A DNA stretch of 63,942 nt, filler included, from Cercozoa sp. M6MM (GCA_040357565.1; 12 parts of 12 records of this genome joined end to end with filler, not necessarily neighbours in it), one strand, 5' to 3'. Positions 14,668-28,749 are shown, numbered from the whole stretch's first letter. Notes: a model not told the origin generated them from the sequence alone. Numbers and translations are program-made.

Positions 14668-16950
14668 ATGAGCGCCGAGTCTACGCCCTCCGAGATCCTG
14701 CAGCAGCTGCAGATGATGCAATCCACGCACAAAAGCGAAGTTCCGCAAACAGTCGACCCTGGAGTTCCTCAACTCACGTCTGCCGCACCGACGGCAACAG
14801 TACCTGCGAACGAGAAAACCGCTCCCATTCATGCGTCGCAGTTGGGCCCGACTCCGCCTTCTGAACGAACACTTTCCGCACTACAGTCCTTTCTGTGCGA
14901 AGTGGTACAATAATTTGCTCATTTCTATTGTGTCAGAACATGACTGGAGTGGTTTTCAGTTCGCTGACGACACTGTCCGTCAACGTGCCGAGCAGGCGTT
15001 CGGAGGCGAGCCGAACGAGAACGCAACGAACTGGATGCTTCACTTTATTGACTTTGCGCGTCTCGACATGCACAACAAGAACATACAGGCGCTGGCTGCG
15101 CACGCACCAGGAGGAGTAATGTCGCTGGAGGTGACGCAGGCAAAGGAGCTGTTCTGGTGCCTTCTCAAGATCGAGGTGGAGAAGCTCAACACGTTTTTCG
15201 TCGAATGCGAGCGCCAATGCCTCGATTTGTTTCGCGAGTTGCGTCTTAAGCGCAAGTTTCCTCTTGGGATTGAGAAGGACGAGTCGACTCCGATGATTGC
15301 CTCGGAATGCGAGCAGCAAAGTGACGAAAGCAAGAACTTGTCGACTTCAGAAGACGCTGCTTCACGTACGATTTGTATGCTATCGTTTCCTTTGTCTCAA
15401 TTATTTCTCAACTGTAGCCGCACTGCTTCGATACTTTGTGCTGCGTCTCCACGCACGGGCATCTGACTTATGTGAAGCAGTGTTGTCGCCCGAGCAGTTG
15501 GGACGCGTGAAGCTAGATTTTGCAGAGGAAGAGACGAAAAAGCAGGACGACAACGGCGAAGAAGGCGACGACACTGACAAAGTGAGCGAAAGTGATCGCG
15601 AGCACGTCAGTCGTTTCTTCGACCTGTTCGTCCAACTCGATCGTCTGAAGAAGTTCTGCGTCGTGAACTACTTGCTGCTGCAGAAGCTCGGCCACGCGTT
15701 TGATTCTCTGACGTCGATGCAGAGTCTGCCTGCCTACATGACGACGCTACTGAAGGAGGAGTTCTACTCATCGCTCACTCCGGCTCAGCTGCTGACACGT
15801 GTCGAGATCGCAGTGTGCGACGCGGTGGCCGCGCGCTTCGCCGAGCCGCCACTCGCGAGCAACTTTATCTGCCGCGTGTGCCGCGAAATGCTGCTGGCGC
15901 CAGTCGTCATGAGTTGCACGCATCGCTTTTGTCACACATGTCTCCCTCAGGTACACAACGCGCGCGACATGTCCAACAACGCCGAATGGGCTCCGTGTCC
16001 GACATGCCAGAAAAACCTCAACTTTCACCCGCGGGCCAATGAGGTCGACTCGGCTCTCAGCAAGTTCCTCTTGCGACAGGTACAGGAGTCTAGCGGGTTT
16101 TCATTGTGTCTCCTTTCTCTTTGTTTTATACAGGGGTATTGCTGTAGTTCCCGCAACAAGCCAATCGACGTGCGCCGCCGATGCCTGCGGTCGTGGAGAC
16201 GCCACTGCCGCACGCAGGCGCACTCAACGGGATGAACATGCCGCTGAGCGAACTAAACATGAACCAAGGTATCGACTTGGCGTCTCTGAGTGGCCTGAGT
16301 GGACTGGGAAATCTGAGTGGACTTGGCAATCTTGGCACGCTTAATCTGTCCAACATTGGCTCCCTTGGCAACGTTGGTGGACTTCAAGACGCCTCCAGTC
16401 TCGGTCTCGACCTCATGGGCGACTTGAGTGCCATGAACGCGCAGCTGCAGCAACAGGGCGCTCTGCATTCGTCCATGGTGGACTTGGGTGGACTTGGTCT
16501 CAACCTCGGCATGCCCAACGGACTTGCGGCAGTGAACAACCACTTGGCAGCAATGTCGGGCCTTGACTCCAACACGCAGTCTCACGAGTCTTCGATGGAC
16601 CCTTTCAACCTCGGCGACGAAGGTATTAAGTAGCCTCTAAATTTGACTTTATCCGAGCAACATGTACTGTCTGTTGCATCCCCAGGAACGGGCGAATCAC
16701 GCAGCAAGCCTGCTTCCTGTCACCAGTGTAAGATGAACAAGGACTCCAAACAGCTGCTTTTCTGCCGAAGTGACAAGCCGCGGCCCAAAGTACCCTTTGT
16801 TGTTTCCAAGTGTTTACAGTTATCCTTTTGTCCTGTGCTTCACCGCAGGGCAAGCGAGCGTGCCGGAAAAAGTTCTGCGAGCAGTGCCTGCAAAAGTACT
16901 ACCCGACCGACGTGGTAGAGCAGCTGCTTCTGCGCGCTGCCGAGGCACAG
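14668..16950 (+). CDS. SPX + RING finger + low-complexity linker + zf-4CXXC-like zinc finger protein, 3'-truncated
   Basis: SPX: FWCLLKIEVEKLNTFFVECE and LFVQLDRLKKFCVVNYLLLQKL. C3HC4 RING: CRVC...SCTHRFCHTC...CPTC. Then SCHQCK...LLFC...CRKKFCEQCLQKYY. Confidence 0.8.
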
Positions 16951-17072
16951 GTGCACCAGAAACCATTTTTTTNNNNNNNNNNNNNNNNNNNNNNNNNNNN
17001 NNNNNNNNNNNNNNNNTTAATTAATTAANNNNNNNNNNNNNNNNNNNNNNNNNNNNNNNNNNNNNNNNNNNN

Positions 17073-17120
<48 letters not shown>

Positions 17121-17143
17121 ACCGCACGTGTATGTGCCTTCAG

Positions 17144-18843
17144 GCAAAGTTCCAAGGACATCCCGAAAGCACTGTTGGTTTGCTGGCAGGTGCTGGACCT
17201 CGCGTGCGTGTCCTGTCAACGTTGTCACGCGACGAAGGGCGTTTGATGGACGCTGTGAAGCTCATTCAACCAGCGCAGGGTCTCAACCTTGTGGGTATGC
17301 CCGTTTTCTTTCTTTCCCTTTGTCTCTGAATGTGCATCAATCTTCCACACTGTGTAGGCATGCTGAAGACTGCGCAGCTGGCGCTCAAGCACCGTGAAAA
17401 GAAGAACAGCAAGCAGAAGGTTGTCCTCTTTGTCGGTTCTCCGGTGAAGAACACCCCGGCCGAACTGGCCAAGTTGGCGAAGTTGCTCAAAAAGTACCCG
17501 TTTCTTTTTTTGTTGGCATAGGCGAATCCGACACTATATTTGTTCTCTCTTTGCACAGGAATGGCGTCGGCGTCGATGTAGTGAACTTTGGCGCGGAAAA
17601 CCAAACCAACGACAACTGTGACAAGCTGAGCACCTTTGTGAAAAAGGTGCGTAGTCGCGACAACTCGCGCTTCGTGAATGTTCCTCCTCAGGCGTCGCTG
17701 CCTGACTACGTTTTCAACATCTGCGTAACCGAGGTACTGCCATCTGCGCCTGTTGGCGGTTTATCTCTGTTTGTCTTGCGATTGATGGGATCTAAATAAA
17801 CTAGGGTTCGGTTGAGGAAGCAGAGGGTGCCGCAGCTCCTGTAGATGCTGGTGCTGCTGCCCCGAGCGGAGGTGCTGGACAGGTACTGCTTTTCCTTTTG
17901 TGCTTGGGTTTGATGGTACAACCGCGGTTATTTTGTATCCTGCCTCAGTTTGCTGAGTACGGCGGCGTGGACCCGAACCTAGATCCTGAACTTGCCATGG
18001 CCATCCGCATGTCGATGGAGGAGGTTTTTGTGCTGTCTTACCGATGTCAACACATGTGAGCACGTGTGCGCTCTTTTCACAGGCGAATGCCGCGGCCGCC
18101 AGTGCCTCTGCCGCCGAAACTGGCGACAACGAAGTCGGTGGCGGTGATGCCGATGCCGATGCCGATGCCATGCAGGATGACAATGTACCGGCACCGGAGG
18201 CACAACAAGTACACACTCTCGCAGCTCCAAATTTTGAAACTTACGCGCGTCTGTTTTGTAGCAGCCGAGTGAGCCGAACTTTGACAGCATGACGGAAGAC
18301 CAAATGATGGCTTACGCGATTCAGATGTCACTCGCGGACGATAACAAGTATACACAAATGTTGTCTCCGTGTCAGACAGACCAGTCTCTATTTTGGTGCG
18401 CGTATGTAGCGCTCCGGTGGTTCCTGACGGTGTGCCCGACAGTGTGCCCGAGTCTCCGTCCACTGAACAACCACCCCAGCAGCGGGAGCAACAAGAGGAA
18501 CCACAGCAGCAGCAGCAACAGCAGCAACAACAACAACCGGTGCTTGTGTCTGTGATCAAGTGAGTGACTGAGTGTGTTGTTTTTTTTTAATAGGCGGAGG
18601 CTTCACAGGACCAGCAACTGCGCGAGAATCTGCAAGATCCTGCGTTCTTGAGCGCACTGGTCGAAGGACTCCCGCTTGAGGACGGTGATGTCAACATCGA
18701 GGTACCTGACGCGATACGCGCACCTGCTTTTTATGCTGCTGGTTTTGGTTCTGCAGGACATCCTCCGAGACCTCGCCGACGAGGAAAAGCAAAACGGTGG
18801 CGACAAAAGCGGCAGTAGAAACGGCAACGGCAACGCCCAATAG
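17144..18843 (+). CDS. RPN10: 26S proteasome ubiquitin receptor Rpn10 (vWA + UIMs), 5'-truncated
   Basis: AQLALKHR...KVVLFVGSPV, VDVVNFG, GVDPNLDPELAMAIRMSMEE, MTEDQMMAYAIQMSL, DPAFL. Stop TAG at 18841-18843. Confidence 0.95.
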
Positions 18844-19146
18844 CGTGGTGCGCCTTGGTCTTGTGGGGCCTGACTTGCCGACAAGTCGAAGCAGACAAGT
18901 CGAGCCAAGCTGAAAGCTTAAAAGCTGAGACCCCAGCTGGACCAATTATTTTCGGTTGGTTCTTTCGTGTATTCTCGCGATCGCTCGTCCGTCTCGTCGC
19001 GTTAATTTACTGAACTGACCGTTACCCCGAAATAGAAAGTTGATTTGTTTAATTTATTTAAGACTCCTGGCTGTGTGATTGCTAGGACTCTGAGTTGCTT
19101 GAGCAGGCGAGCATTAGTACTGTAGAGGTCGTGCCTTCGTGCCAAA

Positions 19147-20242
19147 ATGTTTGATGAGGTTTTACGTGCATGGAAAGAGCGCTTGCTACGACCATTTGCG
19201 TTGGCCAGTGTTGGCGTCTCTCCCAACACGATAACGCTGGTTTCGGGTGCCTGTGGCGTCGTCTGTGCCGCATGTTGTTGGAACAATTCGCCAGTGTTCG
19301 CGCTGTTTTGGTGGGTGCTAAATCGGATGTAGGTTCACCCTTCTCCCTGTCCCTACTCCATCCACTTTGTCCGTTCTTTAGACTTGACGGACTTGACGGG
19401 ACAGTAGCGAGGATTACAAAACGGCAGACGGACTTTGGCGGGCACCTGGACATTCTCGTGGACTTTTCGGTGTACGCATTGGTTCCTTTGGCCCTCGCGG
19501 CGTGTGCCTCCTTCTCTGCGCCTACTTCGGGTGCAGCAGTGTCGCTCCTGCTCAGTGTGGGCTTTCTGGAGGGCACGTACTTTGGTACGTCTGTTGACTG
19601 GTTCTGTCGGTCGCTTGACTCGGTGTGTATGTCACGTATGTTAGACTAATATGCTGCAGTAAACGCTGCCTCGTTGTTCCAGTTGTCTGCGATTCTGGAA
19701 AAGCGTCGTTTCGCTCAAAAAGCATTCACCAGTGGTGCCGTCGGTTGTGTTTGAAAAGCACCAACTAATAATTTTTCCCTTGTCTTGTTAGTCTTATGTG
19801 TCATGTGAATAGTTGCGATGCCGAAAGGCATTATCGAGGGAGCAGAGACTGTTGGTAACTGCAGTGTCCAACAAGGCTACGCTTTGCTTTATCCGTATCG
19901 ATTTTTTCGCAGTGGCCTACTCGGCCTTTATTGTGACGCCTTTGTGCGAACCCTTGGTATTTGTATGCATAATTGTATATGCTTTAACTCCTTAGAGTCA
20001 TCTTTCTCCTTCTTGGCAGAACCTGGCCTTCGTTCTCACGATAGAGTTCTCGATTTTTGCAACGCTTGTTGCTCTCACTTCTGGTATAGACTCTCCTGCT
20101 TTTTTTTTTTTGGTTTCTCAGCAGCATCGATATCATTCCCATTGTAGTACTCCGCACTGTCTGGGCATATCGCATTCTCGCGAATCATGGAACTGCCAAC
20201 AGCGAGGACTACCTAAACAAGGAAAACCGTCGGAGTCAATAA
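19147..20242 (+). CDS. CDP-alcohol phosphatidyltransferase family protein
   Basis: SPNTITL and LDGLDGTVARITKRQTDFGGHLDILVD (DxxDGxxAR...GxxxDxxxD signature), followed by GIIEGAET. Confidence 0.9.
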
Positions 20243-20392
20243 TAATCAAGTACGGCAAATATTAAATAACATTGATGTTCTTCAGTGCCGCCGACTGAAA
20301 CAGTTGGGGTAACTCACCCTTCAAACTGCCACTTGGCCACTCTCTCTCCAAGAACAGACTCTTAGGTTCCTTAGTTTTCTTTTGTGTCTGTC

Positions 20393-20446
20393 AAAGAACC
20401 CTCAATTACCAAGGCCCAATCCCGATCAGAGAGGGCTGCGGTAACA
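20393..20446. repeat. Dispersed intergenic repeat (inverted copy at 50638-50692)
   Basis: Manual alignment gives 45/55 identities to the reverse complement of 50638-50692, which is on a different contig. Confidence 0.7.
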
Positions 20447-20559
20447 AGTTTCGCGCGAGCATCAGTCGATCAAAATCACGTCAGACCAGCGACAATATTA
20501 ATCGGATGTAAATGACGCTAATTGATTCTAATAACATTAACCCACAACTGGTGCCAGGT

Positions 20560-22405
20560 CGGACGGGATCGCCAGAGTTAAGTTGGTCCCAGCCGTCGGC
20601 TCCGACGGAGTCAGCGTAAGGTAGCGCCTGTGGGGGGGGGGGGGGGCAGTGACTGGACTCACTCTAGAACTGAAACTGGACAACCTACGTCTATCGTTGA
20701 ACCGCGGCAAGCTGCGCAAAAGCGACATGCAACTGCTTCTGCGTGTCATGAAGTCGCTCAGTTAGCCGTTGGTTCGCGGTGTCTCGTCGCTCGAGTGCTT
20801 GCTCGAGGCGGCGTAGTTCAGCGCGATGTGCCTGTCGCTCGATCGTTTCCTGTCTTGCACGTTGCCTACAGTACAAGCCTTATATAAGAACTCCAGTGTG
20901 CTAAGCCATCGATACGCCTGTTGTCGCAGTTGCTGCGTTGCTTCCTGTTTGCTCCGCTGCAAATGCGACTTGAGATCGTTTAATTGGTGTTGCAGGCTTT
21001 GCGACAGTGATTGCTCGTCTTCCAGCTGCTTTCTCAGAATGCGCACTTGTGTTTCGACGCGTGTAGTCTTTTGGGATGCGACTTCGGCGTGATCGTCGGA
21101 GACTCGTGCCGAGCTGGAGCGCAGAGCTTCCAGTGCGTTGTTCACTGTGATACAATGTCACACCGTTTAGATTAAAAGGCATAGTAGGGATGGTACCCAC
21201 GCACAGCTCGGTTTTTAGCGATTCAATTCGAAACTGCTTTTGCCTGTTCTCTTTCTGCAGAGAGTGGAGTGCGTGCGTGTCGCTTTCACACACACAGCTT
21301 TGTTCGGCACAGGGACTGACCGCTCGGTGGCTTCTGTCTGTGTTGGTCGCTACTGACATCACGCCAACACTGACTTGTGATGCCACTGACATATCTCAAA
21401 TCGATCAGTTGAGCATTGTCAAGTAAGACCTATCTAATTTTACCACTGCAGACGACTTCGGGTATCGAGTTCGGCGCCAAGCGCTCGACCTTCTGTCGCA
21501 GTGCTTGAACAGCAGCTTCCTTCTTGTACAGGAGCCTTCTGAGCTCTTGCGTTTCTTTTCGCATGCGAGTCAGGTCCGATTGCTTCTCTTCCTGCGGAAC
21601 TCAGGTGACAGGCGGTCAAATTTCAGCTTTATTATGACTAATTCACACCTACCTGGAAACCTTGGAGCTGAGCCTTCACAGACTGCACTTTGTGTTCGTG
21701 CCGTTGCTGCAAGTCTCGTTTCCTCCTGTTATGCAAGCAACGCAGTGCCTCTCGGGAAGCCTGTGCAGTGGCGACTTGATGCTTCAAACGAAACAGTTCG
21801 TGCTCGAACTTTGTTCGCTCTTCTTGCTGCCTTTGCAGCATTCCTTGCACATAGGTTGTATGTGCTTGCTCCAGTTTCTGCGTTGCAATCGACGTCGCTG
21901 CCACCATTTTCTGGTGCGCGCGCCGAAGCTCTTCGTGTTCCTTCGTCAGCGCCGACAACGAGAGCTGCTTGTTAGTCAGTTCCGCTCGGAACTCCTGTCT
22001 CAGAGTATCGATCGTCTTGGTGTGGTCTTCGTGCAGCACCCTCATCCAGGACAGCTGCGATGGACCGTCAGTCTTGCTGTCCATGGTAATGCCGCGGAGA
22101 ATTCGCAGAAAGCACCGCCAAAATTCGGCCGCTGCTCCCAGCAAAAACTACCGACAGTGCTCTCACACACGGAAAAAGATACCAGCATGCGTAGAGTCTC
22201 GAGTTAGAAGCGCCAGGTCCCTGAGATCGTCAGAGACTCCCCAACTAAAAGTGGCCAGGGCCGAATAAAGTCGCTGCACGAGTGCGCGGTCGATGCCAAA
22301 GCGCCGCATGATGCTGTGCGGTTCCCAATCTCGACCACAGAAGCGCACGATTGCTTCCTGTGCATCCCAGCCTTCGGGTCGCGCGCGGGGCCGGGGAAAG
22401 TCCAT
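20560..22405 (-). CDS. Multi-exon coiled-coil hypothetical protein
   Basis: Successive Q/E/L/R-rich exonic ORFs (21638-22144, 20762-21145, 20691-20876). The 3' end is approximate. Confidence 0.65.
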
Positions 22406-22879
22406 TTCTCAGTTTCGCTCAAGGCAGAACCGTCCTGTCAGGTTCGAGGTGCCACTTTCGACAGATTGTGCACACTTTACACGGATCAATAAACCTGATC
22501 CGATCGCTTTGCGTTTTTCGACGAGTGCCGCGTTTCTCCCTCTCGTCTATCCAGGCAAACCTTCGAATTCCTGACTCAACGCAGCGTAGCATTTTTTCGA
22601 ATTCCAGACAAAGGAATACAGTAAAACTTAAAGATCGTTGAAGCGCGGGATGTAACCTCCTTTCTCCCTTCACTTCATCAGCAACAAGACACTGCTCTTT
22701 ACGTGCACCTCGCCCAACGTACCCTGTCTCGATCTGTAGTTGCTGTCTGCTCACTGATCTCATTGCTATCTCGTCTCCCTTGGTAATGGTAATTACGATG
22801 ACCCTGAGGAGGTCGCAAGGATGTCGACGCTCATCAAGATTCTTGAAGCAAAAAGCGAACTTGAGTGTCGACAGTTCAC

Positions 22880-24825
22880 TTAATCACCGAACAGATGGCG
22901 GAACTTTGGCGCGGCCCCGATTAGTTCGATGCGCTCGTCTGTCGTGGAAGCGTGATAACCGACACGCAGTTACAATCTAAGTAATCCATACCCTCAGGGA
23001 CCCACTTGAACGGCATTTGTTCGTCATCGCCCTCAGCACGCACCAGAGCTTGCGTCGACCGTTTCCATACAGTCATGACATCTGTCGCACCACAAAGAAA
23101 GGTATACATGCCATGGCGCATCAAATAAAGGAAGGTTTGCACCACGCGACAGCGGCCAAGAAGGCAGTGGCATTCTACATATACACAATTCACACCGAGA
23201 TTTGCATCGACCTTATTCTCCAACTGACACCTGCGCAAAACAGAAAGTTATGCTCACCGCAAAACGCAGTGGTAGTGAGTCGCCAGATGCAGTTGGAAGT
23301 CGCCTAGTTTGAACAACATCAACAACGACAAGCTATTGAATTTAAAGGAGCAAAAAAAAAAAAAAAAAAAAACTACCGCCACACGTGCGACCAAACGGAG
23401 TGTTTTGCATCAGCGTATCGCCAAACATCTCGCCTGTGTTAGTAAATTACAAATTCATTTTGGTACAACCCTCACACCCAGTTTCTTACTGCAAAGAGAC
23501 ACACCGCAGACAACTACCGTGTCTCCCGAGAAATGTCGGAGACACTCACGAGCCTGCCACCACAGCGGAGGTGTCTTGTCCAATCACTCACAGGGAATAG
23601 ATTAGTGGCATCAATCACACGAGACACGCACCATGGACTCGGTGGAACCTTCGGCAACATCTTCATCCGGGTAGCACAGCTGCCGCACAAGGCGTAAATT
23701 CACACCAACATGCGAGTCCACATGCCACAAAAAGCATGGATACCAGCAAGACCGAGTCGCGATGGTGCGCTTGTTTCAACACCTGTCGCACACACGATTT
23801 GTTATATTTTGGAGTTGTATCAAATTGTATCATATACGAGATTAGATGATATAATTATAGTATACTAGATTAGATTAAATTAAAATAGATTCACCCAGAC
23901 TATACATAACATATTAGAATACATTAGGCTAGATGTTAAATTACAATGTGCTCCTTTATATTACCTCATATTACATTGCATGGGGTTATACAATGCGAAA
24001 GAGTTACGGAAGGGCCGCCTTTCTGTACGTGGAAGAAGGCCGCTCTGCCGCTGTCGTCGTTCTGCTCGGTGTGCGTGTACATGTCGTAGGCGTCGACGTG
24101 CAGGCCGCGGTGCGACAGGAGTTGCGCCCAGTAGCCGCTGCCAGCGCCCAGTTCGACCACTTTGTCTCCGAGCTTGCTCTGGCATAAGGACATTGGCATA
24201 GGCAAGCATCGGTACAGCAGGGCAGAGTCTGGGGTCTAGCTCTCACTTACGATAATATCGAGTGCCTTGTCACTCGGGATGGCCCAGCAGAACTCCTCGC
24301 CTGCCTGTGCCTGCAGTACACACAACGCATAGCGTATCCAAGAGGGTAAACATCACCGTAACCAACGTACGGCCTCGTCGTACAAGTCGAGCAACTCGGC
24401 ACGTCGAGATTCACCGCCAGGCAACGACGGGTCTGTATGTTTCAACAACATGTATGAACAACAACAACAGTACTCCCACTCCCACCCCTTGCTACTCTAC
24501 CCGGCAAACGGACGACATCGCTCGGCCAGCGTTCGAGCAGCGTTCGGTATCGGTGCAGCAGGAGGTTCTGGCCATCCAACTGGCGAATCGGCACCTCGAC
24601 CTGCGCGTGGCTGGACTTTGCTGCTGTGTTTTTCGAGTCGATTTTCGGCATGTTTGACCTGCCTTTTTTCTGCGTCGTAGCCACCCTTGCCTCCTGGCGG
24701 CGCTGTTTTTGTCTCTGCTGTCGACGCAGTTTTCGCTTCTTTTTCGCCGGCTCGTCGGCTTGTGCCGGCTTCGACGCCACTCTCGCGCGCGCGTTTTTCG
24801 AATGATCCAGTTGCTTTCGACCCAT
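22880..24825 (-). CDS. Class I SAM-dependent methyltransferase with a basic N-terminus
   Basis: VVELGAGSGYWAQLL...VDAYD, LL|LCYPD, GEMFGDT, and terminal WVPE|DERIELIGAAPKFRHLFGD*. Confidence 0.8.
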
Positions 24826-25319
24826 CTGCGCGACCGATTAGAGCAGCGAACCGTGAGACTAAAATGCGTTTAGCACGAGCACACGGCAGCACAGCACAGT
24901 GTTACTTGACCTCAAGCCCCACAATTTCGGTGACAAGAGTCCCTTGTCGCACCTGCTGACTGGGCCCAAAGTGGCTTTTTCGCAGCGACGGGCAAGTCAA
25001 CATTTCACTGTATAATCAACCCTCACCGCCGGCGATACTGGAAACACATCACAGGACCGTTGTTGAGTCGAGTTAGACTCGGAGTTAACGTAAAAAATAC
25101 AGCTGAACTTGTACAGTTTGTTGATAAATAAATAAATAGGATACAAGTAGGCAGCCTGCGTGATGGAATCGAAACGGCGTCGAAACCGAGCAGCTTGCGT
25201 GTGTGAACAGATACAAGCGACCGTATGTGTGACTGTGTGAGTGTGAATGGTGCGTCAGGACGGTCCAGTTCTTGTGAGAGAGTATGTGCGAAAATAGGAC
25301 AGGTGTGCCCAGGAGAAGC

Positions 25320-26531
25320 CTACACCGAGGTGGAGTCGTCGCCCGTGGCCGACGAGTGTGACGAGCCGGCCGACGACACCGACTCGCGTCGCTCCTCACT
25401 CAGCTCGGCCTCCACCGTCAGCTCGTCCAGCGCCTGCACCACGTCGTTCTCGCGCGGCGACGACGCCGCCTCGGCCGACTCGTCGCGTCGCCGGCGCCAC
25501 CACCAGCGGCGCTTGCGCTCCACGCGCGGAGTCTCGCCGCCGCTCTCGGCCTCCGTCTCGGTCGACGAGCGCGCCAGCTCGGCCTCGGCCTCCTTCTGCA
25601 GCGCCTCGCGCTGTTCCACACACATTATATATATATATATAGATCTATCAATTAGAAAAAAAAATATATATATATATACATGCAGAGGATGTCTTTGTAT
25701 ATGTCTACTAAATGGGTACAGAGCAGACTACCTTCTCCTCAAGCCAGACGCGGTACTCGGGCGAGTCCTGGAACTTGGGAATCGAGTCCTTCTCCAGCAG
25801 GTCCGTGATCTCCCTCTTGGACGAGCGGAACATGAGCGGCTGCACCTTGGTGCGCTTCACTCGGCGCTCCAGCTTGGCGAACGTCGCCGCCGAAAGATTG
25901 ACATGCCGCGGCGCGTCTGGGTGCAGGTACGAGTAGTAGATCTGCCGCACACACACACAAGACACCCGGTACAGACAAACATACAGACAGATAGACAGAC
26001 AGACAGACAAACAGACAGACACAGACACACAGAGCAGGAGCAAGGCAGCACAGACACACCTGTGTGGCGTAGCGGCGGATGCGCTGCTCGTTGCGCGTAA
26101 AGTCGACGAGCTTCTCGTAGTTGCGAATGGCGAGCAGGAAGTCGAGGTTCTCGTTGCAGTGCAGTCGCTTCAGGAACAACTCAAAGCACTGGAACCTACA
26201 GCACACACACAATTAGTCAGTCTTCTTACGTAAGTGACAACACAGAAAACCAAACGAAGGTTACAGAGCAGCATTGTCGATGATGTCGGCAAGCAGCATG
26301 TGACTCATGGGCGACATGCCGCTGAACAACTCCTCCGAGTTCTCCTGCACAGCCGGCAGTGCTGATGGCGCTTGCTGTGCGTAAAACAGCAACACAAAAT
26401 TGTGAAACAAAATGTGATCCCAAGCAACAAAAACGGCAACAAAACCGACACCAAAATGCTCGACACAAGGCTGCACTCTAATTCACACGTACCGCATCCA
26501 CCTTCAGATCGTTTGTGGCTGGGTTAGGCAT
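25320..26531 (-). CDS. Regulator of G-protein signalling (RGS) domain protein
   Basis: FELFLKRLHCNENLDFLLAI...IYYSYLHPDAPRHVNLS...ITDLLEKDSIPKFQDSPEY. Confidence 0.9.
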
Positions 26532-27218
26532 CTAGGTGCTTCGCAAGTCTTCAAGCCGGCGAACAAATCGAGAAAATGCGTGGTGCTAGTGTTTCAGTTG
26601 GAGGCCGTTGACGCAGCGTTGCTTGTATCTCTGCACTCGTGCGTGCGAAAGGTAGCGTCTGTATGGCTGGTAAATGAAAGGAAAGTGACAACAGAACAAT
26701 TCATCATTTTCGAGCGGCGTTTCTCGTGGCACTTGACTGATCTATTGGTTTGATCTCGCTCACCCAATAAATTGTTCTCTTCAACCACGAGATTGTTGTT
26801 GGTCGCGATCGCTTACTCAAAGGGTGTCGAAAGTGGTGGCGTGCGTGCCTATGCCGGTAGTATGTGTCGATATGTACCAAAGATCTCCATGTGGTTTAAA
26901 CGCCTCGTTATGCTGACCGAAACGGTTCGATCAGACGTTTGGCTTTCATCCACGTTGTCCTGTGTTGATCCTGGCCGCAGGTTTCTTCCCGGTCAACCGC
27001 AATCACTCTCCGATGATCTAAACTGGTGCAGCTACGGTCAGCCACTTCTTGCAAGGCGTGTGCCGAGGACCAACAAACCTCGGACTTGCTAAACCGCTTC
27101 AGTTCGCACCGCGTTGTACTCATAGTGCATAGTACGATGTTAAACGCGGATAGTATCCGAGTCAAATTTTCGCTGTCCGGCTGGTCGATCGCAAGCTCGT
27201 GACGGTGTAAGCAGAGGA

Positions 27219-27707
27219 TTAGGATTCGCCGCCGCCTGTGGCCAGCAGCTGCTGCTTGAGCGACGCCTTGCGCTTTTGCAACAGTGCTTCCTGCAGATAG
27301 GACACAAGGGGGTGACATACTATAGACATGAGACGGAACGGTCGAAGTACCTGCATCTCGGCACGCGTCGGGAGTGACAGGTAGGCGCGCCTGGGTCGAC
27401 CTGCACACACAAGACAACACACAGGCATACACGCATACAGACAGGCATACACATAGAGTGATGTGTGAAGACTCTCACCGTCATCATCGAACTCGGCGTG
27501 AGTTTCCGCGTCCTTCTTCACTGCGGCCTCGATCTCCTGCAACGGCACAATACAGAAATGTGTAGACATGTGTAGACACCTGCAGGCAAGGCACCTCCTG
27601 CGAATGGCCGTGCTCCTGCATCCACTGCTCGATTCGCTTGCTGCGCAAGTGCTTCTCCACACTGCACAAACATGTATTTGTATATCTGTATTTTTATATA
27701 CATATTA

Positions 27708-27762
<55 letters not shown>

Positions 27763-27913
27763 AGATCATACGGATCAACATATAATATAAACAAGATACA
27801 GTGCCTCGTCGCTAAGGAGTTCGTCGTCGTGCTCATCGCGGAAGCCGTAGTAAGACGGCGCCACGCGGCGGTACAACTCGGCGCGCGACTCGCGCAGATC
27901 CGGCGCCGGCTTC

Positions 27914-27960
<47 letters not shown>

Positions 27961-28087
27961 ACATACACATACATACACATACAGACATGCATACGTGCAC
28001 ATAGACACACAGACACACAGACACACAGACACAGAGTACAGTCAACTAAGTGATCCAGAGAGGTAGGTACGCTTGTCTCGCTGTCGC
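27219..28087 (-). CDS. ISY1: Pre-mRNA splicing factor ISY1, 5'-truncated
   Basis: SRAELYRRVAPSYYGFRDEHDDEL and LPTRAEMQ|EALLQKRKASL match the ISY1 C-terminal half. Confidence 0.8.
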
Positions 28088-28187
28088 NNNNNNNNNNNNN
28101 NNNNNNNNNNNNNNNNNNNNNNNNNNNNNNNTTAATTAATTAANNNNNNNNNNNNNNNNNNNNNNNNNNNNNNNNNNNNNNNNNNNN

Positions 28188-28237
<50 letters not shown>

Positions 28238-28249
28238 GTGGAGAAAAGC

Positions 28250-28450
28250 GACCTTCATCGCCTCTGTCATTTTTCACGAGCCACCACAGATCGTTGGTTT
28301 TTTGGATCACTTCGAACTTGGCTCCTGGACCAGACACATGTACGCTGGGCGTTCGCGGATTGCATGCTAAGATAACTACCCTCACGAAAGCCCAGTTCGG
28401 CGGCACTCGCAGCAACATAGCTGTGCTTGGCGGTGACCACTTGCATACGC
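28250..28450 (-). CDS. SH3 domain protein, partial
   Basis: VTAKHSYVAASAAELGFRE|GAKFEVIQKTNDLWWLVKNDRGDEG. Confidence 0.85.
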
Positions 28451-28749
28451 AAGGTTTGAATGCAAACACAATAAAGACAACACTAGCAGGCACTCCAGGC
28501 ACCGTGAACAAAACACCAGACCTGTTGCACACCACAGCGCACGCGGAGACCTGCACACACTAATGTCCAGAATCAGTCCGCTTCGACAATTTGGACAGGT
28601 AAGATACAGTAAAAAATAAAATGCTTGACTTTCAGTTTGAGTCCACGACCGGATGTCCGGATGAGCAGTGGCAAAGATGATTTAAATTAATTTAGATCTA
28701 AACTTTTGCCGCTCGTTGGCGTATCCTTGAAACAATCGTCTCGAGGTGT

